In this document: positions 19,980-30,234 of the stretch, one piece after another | How positions within the stretch are numbered: the stretch's first letter is position 1 | Layout: each line of letters opens with the position of its first letter | Source: a virus | IMG/VR virus record: IMGVR_UViG_3300012928_000001 | Span: 1-64,000 of that record | Direction: 5' to 3' (one strand) | DNA length: 64,000 nucleotides | Program-made: the position numbers and the translations under genes | The notes under the pieces: generated by a model | Databases searched by the model: none | Told to the model about the DNA's origin: nothing | Seen by the model: only the letters and a program-made list of their open reading frames with translations

Positions 19980-20619
19980 CTGTGACTCGCATCGCCGAGC
20001 GGCCTACGGTAGGACCATGACCCCGATTCCCATCATGCTGATCCTCGACCGTTGCGGCGAGGGTACTCCTGATCTCTACTTTCTCACCGACCCGCCCGAT
20101 TGGCTCGTCGAGATTGACGGTGTGTACTTGGGCCAGTGGGTTGGCTCGGATGATCCGTCTCCCGAGCAGAAAGCCAATCACGAGCGACGGCAAGAGCTGT
20201 GTTTGCGGGTCTACACCGCAACCTGCGAGAACGCGAAGTACCTCGACGAAGACGCCGACCCGGAGCTGGCCCAGGCGTGGGTCAAACACAAGGTCGGGAC
20301 CGAGTTCACGCCCCCGCGCTCGACGGCTCGCTACTCGGTCCGCGTCGTGCGGACAGGCATCCTCCCCTAGGGCGAGCTCATGGCACACACGCCAGTATTC
20401 ACCGCCCGCGTTGTCGGGACCTTCCAGAGCAGCGAGGGCACGCTCGACAGCGCGGCGCGTCGACTCGCCACCGTCCAGTGGCGCAACGCCATGTGTGCGG
20501 CCGGTTATGTGTTTGTTGAGGAGACCGAGTTACAACTCTACGGCGGAGTCGAGGTCAAGATCGTCATGGAGCTTCCCACCTAGCTGTGACTCGCATACCG
20601 GATTGGCCTACAGTAGGGC

Positions 20620-20907
20620 ATGCAATCGGACAAGCCCATCGCGGCTATCTTCCTCGCGGCGCTGATCGTGTTCAGCGTCTCGGCCATCACCACTCTCGCA
20701 AGCTGCTCCGCGCCGGACAAGTCCCGTGAGACGCTCGAAGCGGCCGGCTACAAGGACATCGAGATCACGGGCTATCGCCCGCTCATGTGCAGCGAGGACG
20801 ACAGCCTCAGGACCGGCTTCACGGCCAAGGGCGCCAACGGGGCCCGGGTCTCCGGCGCCGTGTGCTGTCGGTACCTGTTCAAGGGCTGCACGATCCGCAC
20901 CGACTGA
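20620..20907 (+). CDS. Small Cys-containing phage lipoprotein
   Basis: LASC lipobox; LEAAGYKDIEITGY...CSEDD...TGF...VSGAVCC...KGCTIR. Confidence 0.65.
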   Translation: MQSDKPIAAIFLAALIVFSVSAITTLASCSAPDKSRETLEAAGYKDIEITGYRPLMCSEDDSLRTGFTAKGANGARVSGAVCCRYLFKGCTIRTD

Positions 20908-21646
20908 GGAACACACCATGTCCAACTACCACCCCACGACCGCCGCCGAGATCTTCCTACCCACCCTGCGCGACCCGACCATGGGCCTAGTGGCCACCAT
21001 GGTCGAGCTCGACCAGCTCATGCGTCGCCGCCCCGACATGCTGCGCACCGACGCCCCCCTGCCGGCGGTCCCCTTCGCCGACCTGCGCGTCGTCTGGGTC
21101 ACCCCCGACGACATCACCACGACCAAGGAGCGGACCCCCGGGGGCAAGACCACGCGGACCGTCTCCATCCCCATCGGCAAGAGCGACTCTCACCCCCGCG
21201 TCGTCGAGCTCCAGACCTTCTCAAACGAGATGACCCTCAACCCCATGACCGCGGTGCTGTGGAGCACGGCCGAGGAGATCATCAAGGCCGTGTCCGCCGA
21301 GCTGTATACCGTGCTCGTCGAGAGCGACCCGGAGCACGCCAACGACTGGCTCACCCAGTTCGAGGGCATCAACCTGCGGCACGAGCAGGGCAAGCCCGTG
21401 ACCACCCTCGTGCTGTGCCTCGACTCGCTCGACATCCTGTGGGGGACCAAGGGCAAGGAGGCAGGCCCCCCGCTCGCGGTCATGACCCGCACGGCGCTCA
21501 GCATCGGGCTGGCCTGAGTAGCTCATGCCCGAGCTACCCTGCCCCCGCGACGATCCGTTACCGCACCGACCCGGGCCCCCGGAGCACACCGCTCCGGGGG
21601 CTTTGTTGATCTGTGACTGACATCCCAGATTGGCCTACAGTAGATT

Positions 21647-22021
21647 ATGCAGATGCACAAATCAGTCCGCACCGCGTTGGTCCTCACCTTCGCCGCCGCG
21701 TGTACCACCACGGACGTCGACGGCGGCTACTCGGACAGCTCCGTCCCCGTCGACCCGTACGTGCAGCGCCTGCGCAATAGCAACGACTACCTCGGGTTCG
21801 CCGTGTTCGAGAACGGCGAGATCGTCGGCTTCGTCGACGGCGACGGCAACACCACCGAGGCCCTCGGGGGCGAGTGCTACGGCGAGCGTCTGTGCTGCGA
21901 CGTCGTCACCCTGGGGTGCTTTTGCGCCCCGGACAGCGAGCACAACGCGGTGTGCCCCTCGGGCTCCGTGGCGGCCCCCGAGACCACGGGGAGCCAGGTC
22001 GACGCGGGCGACGAAGACTAG
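21647..22021 (+). CDS. Putative Cys-rich lipoprotein
   Basis: AAAC lipobox; flanked by two near-identical terminator+promoter junctions. Confidence 0.6.
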   Translation: MQMHKSVRTALVLTFAAACTTTDVDGGYSDSSVPVDPYVQRLRNSNDYLGFAVFENGEIVGFVDGDGNTTEALGGECYGERLCCDVVTLGCFCAPDSEHNAVCPSGSVAAPETTGSQVDAGDED

Positions 22022-22469
22022 TCCGCGCTCGAACACAAAGCCCCCGGAGTGGTCATGCTCCGGGGGCTTTGTTGATCTGTGACTCGCACTCCCGATTGGC
22101 CTACAGTAGATCGATGCACTCGCTTGCTGTCAGCACCGGACCCAACGACGTCCACCCCGAGCACGCTCGACAGATCATGCGCCACCGCAAGAGTCTGCCC
22201 CGCATGAGCTCCGCCGACATGCACACGGCCTGGGGACTCGTCGATGAGCTCGCCTGCACATACCGTGCGGTCGATACAGTCCACGCGATGCGCATCGCAA
22301 AGGTGCTCGTCGACTCGCGCAACATCGGCAAGGCGGGCTTGCGGACGATGCAAAAGCTTCGGCCAGCGATGCACGCGATCCGGTGGACGGGCAAAGCACA
22401 GCACCCGGCGCCGCCCGTCCACGGCAACCCGGGGATGATCCTCGCCCTCCGCCGCGCCGGGTGGCTCAA

Positions 22470-24461
22470 GTGAGCATCTACCCCGCCGGGGCCAAGCTCA
22501 CCCGAGGAGAGCTCGCAGCGCTCCCCCTGGAGCGTCGCCGGGCCCTCGCGGTCGCGTGCCTCTCGTCGTGGCACATCGCCTCTCAGAACGCTTTGGAGCT
22601 GCTCCGTCTGTGCGTATATCGCAGCGAGCACGGCGTGAGTGTGGCGCTCATCGAGTCGGATCTACTGACCACCGAGACCCGCGCCGCGCAGGCCATGAAC
22701 ACGCTACAGCGATTCGAGCTTGTCCGGCTTGGGCCTCACCCCATACGGGGTTACCCGACTCTATGGGCGACCGAGGAAGGACAAGCCGTGTTCGAAGCGG
22801 TAGAGACAATCAAGGCAATCAGGAACTCATGAGCGCGCAAGCCTACACTGAGGAAGAGGCCAAACTGGCCGAGGTCTTGCTCGATTACCCTACAGCGATT
22901 GCGCTGTTCCGTGCGCTACTGGACAACCCGGGGGTTAGCGGTAGCGCCCTCGTGTTGACCGCCTATCACGGTCACCGCCGCGACATGGCGAAGCAAATCA
23001 TCGCCGCAGCTGAGTTCGGGCTCATCGAGCCGATCGACTCTTCCCAGGGCCTCGATTGGTACAAGAATCGATGGCGCATCACGACGAAGGGCTATCGTGT
23101 TTGGGACCTAGCGCTCATGCTTCGATCCGTGAGGGATGCATGAGGCCGAATCACGTCAACTTTGTTGAATACCTACTGCACGAGGGCCTTGTGTTCTCGG
23201 TGCTCGAAGCCATTGCACGGCCTCACTCTAAACCCCCGACAGGGACGCATATTGCAATAGCCTGCCGGACAACTAGCGTTCACGACAACACGAAAGTCGC
23301 AACCGCAATGGAAGGCGCCCAGCAGCTCGGGCTGATCACCCAAGTCGGTCCGCGTTCCTCGAATTGGTGGCGGCGCCGATGGGAGCTCACCGCGGAGGGG
23401 CGCGCCGCCTTCGAGGTTGCGGAGACCCTCCGCGCTGTGAGGGACGCATGATGCTTTGGACCATGCCCACTGACCCCCAAAAGTGCGCCTCGCTATCCAT
23501 CGCTGACGCGGTGACGCCGTGGCTCGACCAAGCGCGCGAGGGCTGGGCCCACGGGCACGACTTGACCGAGATCATCGCCCGGATGCCCTACACCCAAGCG
23601 CCGCGCGACGCGGACGATTTGCTCGTTTGGTGGCACCACAACGGTCTGGTCCGCCCGTCGGATCTCAGCTGCCCCACGACGTCACAACGCACGCTCGGTC
23701 ATGGGGGACGGCTCATGGGCTACGGCGGGAAGGGCAAGCCCAACGGAGAGCACCCACCGACGTGGCACCATTGGAAGATGTGCGGCCCTTTCTGGATTCG
23801 CGGATACTCCCCATGAGCGATTACCCCTATACCGAAAAGGACGCAGAACTGGCCCGACAGATCGCAGCCGATGGGCCCATGTTGCGCACGCTCTTGAAGC
23901 TCGCGCAGCACGGGCCCGGCGAAGCGTGGGTTGCCCACGACCTCGCCCGGAGCTTGCGACACGTGCACGGCATAACCCAACAATGCCTCCACGGCGCACT
24001 CAATGAGCGGCTCGTGGTCTTTGACGACCGCGGCGAGAGCCGATGGTGGCGTCACCTGTGGACCATGACACGGCGGGGGCGCGCCATCACGGAGCTCGCC
24101 GGGACCCTCGCCGCCGTCTCGCAGGCTGCCCAGGATCAGCTCGATGGCCGATGACTCCGAGCTCGCTCGCGCGAGCGAACTGCTCACCCGCACCAACCTG
24201 CACTACGCCGCATTCATGATGCGCATGCTTCGTGCGCTCAAAGAAAAGCCAGCATCTGCGTCTGACCTACAATACGAAGTGGTCTGTTCAGCTCGCACGA
24301 TTGAGGCGACGCTCAATAGCGCAGTCGGCTATGGGTTGATCGTTGGAACGGTCGCACACGTGTCGGTGTGCAATACGATCTACACGGTCTATGGGCTGAC
24401 CGACTTTGGTCGCACAGTTACTGAGCTCGCCGAGATGCTGATTGCTGTGACTCGCGCCTGA
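22470..24461 (+). CDS. Cluster of five winged-helix-like paralogs (22470-22832, 22829-23143, 23140-23451, 23813-24154, 24144-24461) plus one unrelated ORF (23448-23816)
   Basis: Shared (G)L[IV]...W/Y-x-[LIMA]-T-x-x-G...[TM][LI]-x-[AS][VI] C-terminus; translational coupling. Confidence 0.65.
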
Positions 24462-25184
24462 GATTGGCCTACGGTAGATCGATGCAAGACCACGACCCCT
24501 ACTCGACCCCGCGCTACTATGACGCTCTGCTGTCGGAAGACGACCGCCGCAAGCCGGTGCGCCCGCGCAAGCGGCCCGCTCGCCGCGAGCCCGAGCCCGC
24601 TCCCGAGCCCAACGCCTGGGAGAACGTGAAGGGTGGAGCGCTCAACTTGATCATCGGTTGCCTCGCCTTCGTGTTGGTGGTCGGGACCCTCGGCGCCGCC
24701 GCGGGCGTGGGGAACTACGCCTACACCGCGATCACTGGGGAGTGCTTCGGCCGATGACCGCTGAGGATCGCCCCTACAGCTCGACCTACCCGCATCCCAC
24801 GTGGGGCAAGTCGACGCTCACCCTGCAAGAGGGCCTCGATCTCGTCGAGTCCAACCCACGCGGCGTGATCGAGGCATGGCTAGAGCTGCTCGACGAGACG
24901 CCACAGAGCCAGCAAAGGGCCGGCGTCTTTGACTCCATCCGCGGCAGCGACGGGTGCACCCATTGCGCGATGGGCCTGCTGTACGCAGCCCTCGGCATCC
25001 CGAGCTGCAAACCGATGCTGACAATCGAGGTCAACGGGATGCTGCGCAGCTTCGGCATTCAGGTGTCCATCGTCATTCGGCACAACGACCGGTTGAACGC
25101 CCCATTCGACGGTTCCCGCTACGCGTCGGCCGCGGACTACATCCGCCGGCGCCTCGCCGTCTACGACAAAAAGCAGCTCCAGCA

Positions 25185-25691
25185 ATGATCACTCATCGCT
25201 ATCTCTTTCTCGACATCGACGGAGTGCTCAACTCCTCGATCTACCACAATCGGGTCACGTTCCTGCGCAACGCAAAGTGGCCTGAGATCAACGGCGTGCC
25301 CGTCCGGCTGGAGCCGTCCAAGATCCCGCTGCTCAATCAGCTGGTCCATCCGAGTGTGCAGATTGTGCTGAGCTCGATGTGGCGAGTGAAGGGGCACGCG
25401 CAGGTCGAGTCGTGGCTCCGCCACCTGGGATTCACCGGCCGGCTCGTCGACGCGACCGCGCTCGACATCACCGACCCCCGCCGCTGCCGGGGAAAGGAGA
25501 TCGCCGCGTGGCTCAAAGCGGCGGGCCACGAAGAGCGCGACTGGGGCGGGGCCGTCCGCTTCGCATGCCTCGACGACGATCGCCGCATGGAACCCGTCCG
25601 GCCCCACTGGGTGCCCGTTGACAGCGTCGACGGGCTCACCGGTAACGACGTCGAAAAGGCCCTCAAACTTCTGGCCCTGGACAAGGTCTGA
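25185..25691 (+). CDS. HAD-superfamily protein (phage RNA-repair-associated HAD type)
   Basis: FLDIDGVLN, IVLSSMWR, RGKEIAAWL, CLDDD, GLT motifs. Confidence 0.85.
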   Translation: MITHRYLFLDIDGVLNSSIYHNRVTFLRNAKWPEINGVPVRLEPSKIPLLNQLVHPSVQIVLSSMWRVKGHAQVESWLRHLGFTGRLVDATALDITDPRRCRGKEIAAWLKAAGHEERDWGGAVRFACLDDDRRMEPVRPHWVPVDSVDGLTGNDVEKALKLLALDKV

Positions 25692-25894
25692 TGCGGTTCT
25701 CTGAGGCTGAGGTGAGGGGTGCGGGAGCACTGCTCGGCGCTATCGCGTGTGCGTGTATCGCCGCGCATGCGTTCGAGAGTGGCGAATGGTCGTCTGGGAT
25801 CAACGCGACATTCGTGTGCCTGCTCTACGGTGCCTGCGCGGTGGCGTGGCATCGCAAGCTGTGACTCGCACACACGATTGGCCTACGGTAGATC

Positions 25895-28800
25895 GTGTCG
25901 CGGTCACCACCTGATCCAATCGGACAAGCGCTCGGGTTCATGGCCGTGTGGAACGGCCTTTTGTTCTCGTGGCGCCCGCAGCCCATGAACAAGTGGGCGG
26001 AGTTGGTGGCTGCTCCGCCCCTGCCATTGGACATCGATTTCACAACGCAACAGTGGGACCGGTGGGTGCATAATCACACCACTGGGATCTACATCGCGTT
26101 GACGGTGGTCGACACCATGCACCTGTGTACCGAGAAAATCGACTACGGCAGGTACGGCCCCAACGTCTGGCGATTGTCTGATAGGGGAATCGAGTTGGTA
26201 CGGGCCAACAATCTAGACGTGATTGCGGCGATCAAGCTGGACGGACGAGTCGGTAACAAGCCCCACTATGTTTGGGATTCGCGCTTGCAGTCATACGAGC
26301 TTTCACGGAGTGAACCGAAAGATGGATGATCACGGATACGAATGCGGAACGTGTGGCTACGTGCCCACCTACGAAGAGCTCCACAACGGCACGTGCCCGC
26401 AGTGCGAGCTGAATCGACAGATTGATCGCGCACGCGAGGAGACCGAGAATGGAGACTGAGCCCGACGAGGAAATCGTTACGGTCGCCATGCCGGCGAGCA
26501 TGGCCCGACTCGTGGCGTCGCTACTACTAGCATTCGACCTGTACGAGGCGGCGGAGGGCTTCGCAGAAATGCAACGGCCGTGCATCTTCGTGAGCGCAGA
26601 CGTTTCGCCAGACCCGGATACAGAGTGTAGGGAATGGTTTATTCGCGCTCCCAAGAATACATTCGCGGTCGGTGACTTGGTCATGGTCCGTCGACGGGAT
26701 GGAAGCAACCCGGTGATCGTGCAGCTCACCGGCCTAGTGCGCACGCGTCGGCTGTACGAATGGTACACATTCGAGAACGTCTGAGATGGCAAACACAACC
26801 GAAGTCAAGTGCATCGAGACCCTTACGCACAACGACGCTCTATTTGATCGTGAAGTGCTGCGCAAGCTGTCGGGATTCCAGCTGACCGCTACTGCGCTCA
26901 CGGCCTGCATGGATGAAGAGTTCCTAGACGCATTCTCCGCCGATGCTGTGATCGATGCTTTGGGCAACCTGCGCGTCCTCGGTCTGGTCCGACGTCGCGG
27001 TGACGAATACGTCGTGACGAAAAAGGGCAAGGCGGTGCTCGAGGTTGTGAACACGCTCTGTGCGGTGCGAAGCGCCGCCGAGACCTTGCCTGGGGGCTCG
27101 CTGTGAACGTGGGTCGCGGCGATCCTCCGGGGCTTTGGCGTCGGATCAGCAGTACCCCGGTCGCGCTTGGGTTGCTGACTCCCGCTGATCGGTATTTCAC
27201 ATTTCCACGGACCGGTGAGCTACCTGCTCACGCCGGGGAGCTGCTAAAGTGCGCCCGAGATCCGTGGGATTGCGTTATCTGGCGTCGCGAGGAGAGTGGG
27301 GAGCTGCTAAAGTGCGCCCGAGATCCGTGGGATTGCGTTATCTGGCGTCGCGAGGAGAGTGGGGCCTATAACGTTTTGGTCTTCTTTGGCGACACGGAGC
27401 TCGTTCCTAGGTCGGCGCTGCGTTTGGCTCAGTGCGCCGAGCCTGATGTTTACGAGCTCACCGACGAAGCGCGGGCCGACGCCCTCGCGCAAAACTTCGA
27501 TGTCCTCGCCGCGGTTTTTCTTTCAGATGGCCTGTGACTCGCACCGCCGACCGGGCTACAGTAGATTGTCGCCGGTCGAGCAAACTGCGACCGTGGCCGA
27601 CCTACCTCCTAGGCTTGGGTTGGGTTCCAGCGGCCACGTAAGTCTCGGATTTCGATCCTCCTTCCAACACGACGCGTCCGAGACTAGAACGCTCCCGGGA
27701 ATGGTCCCGGGAGCGTTCACCTTTTGAGGGGACCAAAACAAATGAACGCGTACACCATCCAAGAAATGATCTCATCTGCCGAAGTGCTGCAAGGGCTCAT
27801 GGTCACGCCTGGACGTGTCCTGCATTTGTGCACAGCCGGAATGGTCTCTGGCGAGCTTTGGGATTGTGCCCCGGTTCAACTTCGTCTCAACGACAGAACG
27901 TCTCTCGGTCAGGCCAGCCAAGCCATCGGGGGTGCTCCCTCCAAATGGACCTACATGGGGCCGGTGAGCGCGACTGTACTCGATGTGCTCGGCTTTTCTC
28001 CCGAGTCTGCGCCTCCCGGATTTGTCGCGGTGGAAAGCACGGTCCACGATATCGGACGCACCCGATTTCAGGGCCCGCTGTATGTGCTCACGGATGCTGG
28101 CCGACAACGTGCGCAAGAGCAGAACTTCGATACACTCGCGGCCGTGTTCCTAGCTTAGGCCTGTGACCCGCACGCGCTTTCGGCCTACAGTAAAGCGCAT
28201 GCGGACCATCATCCAAAAGCACACGATCATCGAGGTTCCCGGCAGGCCCTACGATCCGCACACGCTCAACGCGGAGATGATCGAGCGGTTCGCCGCGGAT
28301 CACAGCGACGACCCTGCACCGCTCTGGAAGCTGCGCATGATCGCCGGGTTCCCCATCGTGCTGGAGTGGCTCGCTAGGGTGCTCTCGCCAATCGTGGGCG
28401 CGTCGTGGCTGTACTTGATGGCGTATCCGCTGCTCCCGTGGTGGCTCGCGGGGGGCATGTTCGCGTTCGCAGCATGGCCGACCCTCACGGCGCACGTCGG
28501 GCTCATGGGCGAGCTTCGATCTCTCAAGACCATTCGCTACAGGACCCCTGAGGATGACGAAAAGTACGATCTATGACCGTCTTTCAGCGCTGTTTTCGGA
28601 GGTTCACGATATCACCGCTGAAAGCGTAGACCTGTCGCACCCTTCTCCACGGGTTAGCGACCAACAACTCGTGCTCGGGATGCTGGCTTTGCCTGATACG
28701 GTGCTGCTAATGCTCGACACGCCGAAGCTGGACACCTGCCCTATTCGGCAAGAGATCGAGCCCACGTCGATGAGAGGCCCTTGGGGTTACGTGGACATCG

Positions 28801-30234
28801 CTAGGATTCCGCGCACGCTCGCGGAGCGCCTTGTCGATAGCGGGTACTTTCGAGGCAAAGAAGGCTTCGGGCGCTACCGGTTGCGCGCTAGCGTGCGCAG
28901 GTATTGTCGCCAGTATAACTACGATGTCCTCGCGTCGATCCGCTTGCAGGACCACCCCGATGGATGAGAAGAGCATCGCCCTCGGGCTACTCGCTAATCC
29001 GGCGCATCAGATTTTTGCGGGGTTCAGTTGGTGGCTCATCGCAAACGTCGAAACGAATACCACAGTTATGCGCATGTCCGATAGCCTATTTAAGGTACTT
29101 GGCGCCGACGGTTGGCTTGAGCGTGACGAGGAATACCGCGAAGTTTGGCGGCTCGCGCCGGAGCGGCGGGCCGAGCTCGTCGAGCAAAATCTTGACGTAC
29201 TGGCCACAGTTCACCTGATGCAGGATGTCGATTAGTGGATCATCTCAAATACCGGGGGTTCATGATAGCGCTTGGCCTACTAGCCAAGGGTGGGGGTGGG
29301 CGTATACGGTGCTCCGGTTCCGGCGATGTCGTGATTCTTCAACCGGCCGAAACGGGGGTCCACTGCCGTGCGCTCGCTCTCGCTACACGTGAAGTGTTTG
29401 CCGATCTGTGCGATAGCGGTTGCTTGTCTGAACTCGTCGCTAAACCTGGGGTGTACGTAATCACGGAGCATGGTAAGAAGCTGGCGCGCGAGCTCAATGC
29501 TGACATCGTCGCATTGCTCGCCAAGGAGTCGGCCGGCCAAACTATGCTCGAGTGCGGCGGACGTGCTTGGCCGCCGGAGTCGGAGGATCCGCCGGAGCCG
29601 GATCCCGATTTTCGGTGATCGCCTGTGACTCCCTCCGCCGTTCGGCCTACAGTACATCGAGGGCGGCGCGGAACCTGTCTGCTCTGCGCTGACCTCACGG
29701 GGGTGAGAGTGTCTCTCTCTCTCTCTTTCTCTCACTGCCCAACCGAGGGCCCGGGACGCCCCTCCCGGGCCCTCACCTATTTGAGCCATGCACGATCTCA
29801 GCCCAGCCATGATTCAGCAGCTCTCAGTTGCCTTCGAAAAGCCGCCGCTTTTGGAGATAGGTACTGATTCAATCAAGGCATGGGAAAAGCTGGTCGAACT
29901 TGGCTACTTGCTCCCGATCTATGCCCCGGCAAAGTGGCCCGACGAGGAGTTTCTCGCGGTCGAGCTTTGCGAGGGCGGGGTGTGGGAAAATCATGTCCAG
30001 CTGCGCCCGACCATGCGGGCCGAACGGTGGCGCGATTCGATCGAGACGGTCGCCGCAATCGCCCTCATGGACCGCCAACCCTATCGCGTACTGGCAAAGA
30101 CCGCGCGCTTTGGGATTGACTACGGCACCGCGGAGATGCGGGCTCTCGCGCACGCGAGCGCATCGATCCGCGCGCAAATCGAGATGACCCATGAGAGGCT
30201 TCGCCAGTTCGCTGATCGGTGGGGGAAGCTGTGA
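25895..30234 (+). CDS. Cluster of winged-helix-like paralogs (25895-26329, 26786-27106, 27103-27537, 27742-28158, 28554-28967, 28960-29235, 29235-29618, 29788-30234) with interspersed ORFs
   Basis: Mostly Y/W-x-[LIV]-[TS]-x-x-[GA] followed by N-[FLYA]-D-[VTI]-[LIV]-A; 26786 and 29788 have the ET/NT-type helix. Confidence 0.6.
27235..27360 (+). repeat. Exact 63-bp in-frame tandem duplication
   Basis: 27235-27297 equals 27298-27360; bounded by GGGG microhomology; duplicates GELLKCARDPWDCVIWRREES. Confidence 0.95.
27567..27726 (+). ncRNA. Candidate sRNA 1 (anti-Shine-Dalgarno loops)
   Basis: Class-2 promoter at 27533, no credible ORF, stems CGTGGCCG/CGGCCACG and AGTCTCGGA/TCCGAGACT, 14-bp terminator stem + ACCTTTTG. 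Confidence 0.65.
29659..29783 (+). ncRNA. Candidate sRNA 2 (antisense to class-1 early leaders)
   Basis: Class-2 promoter at 29624, three hairpins, last one GAGGGCCCGGGA/TCCCGGGCCCTC + ACCTATTTG; loop regions contain CTGTCTGCT and GTCTCTCTC. Confidence 0.7.

Noticed and set aside
29710-29733. Simple (CT)n microsatellite
   Set aside because: Not dismissed as noise: it sits in a hairpin loop next to a second antisense motif, so it is reported under sRNA 2. Its low complexity does weaken that single match when taken alone.
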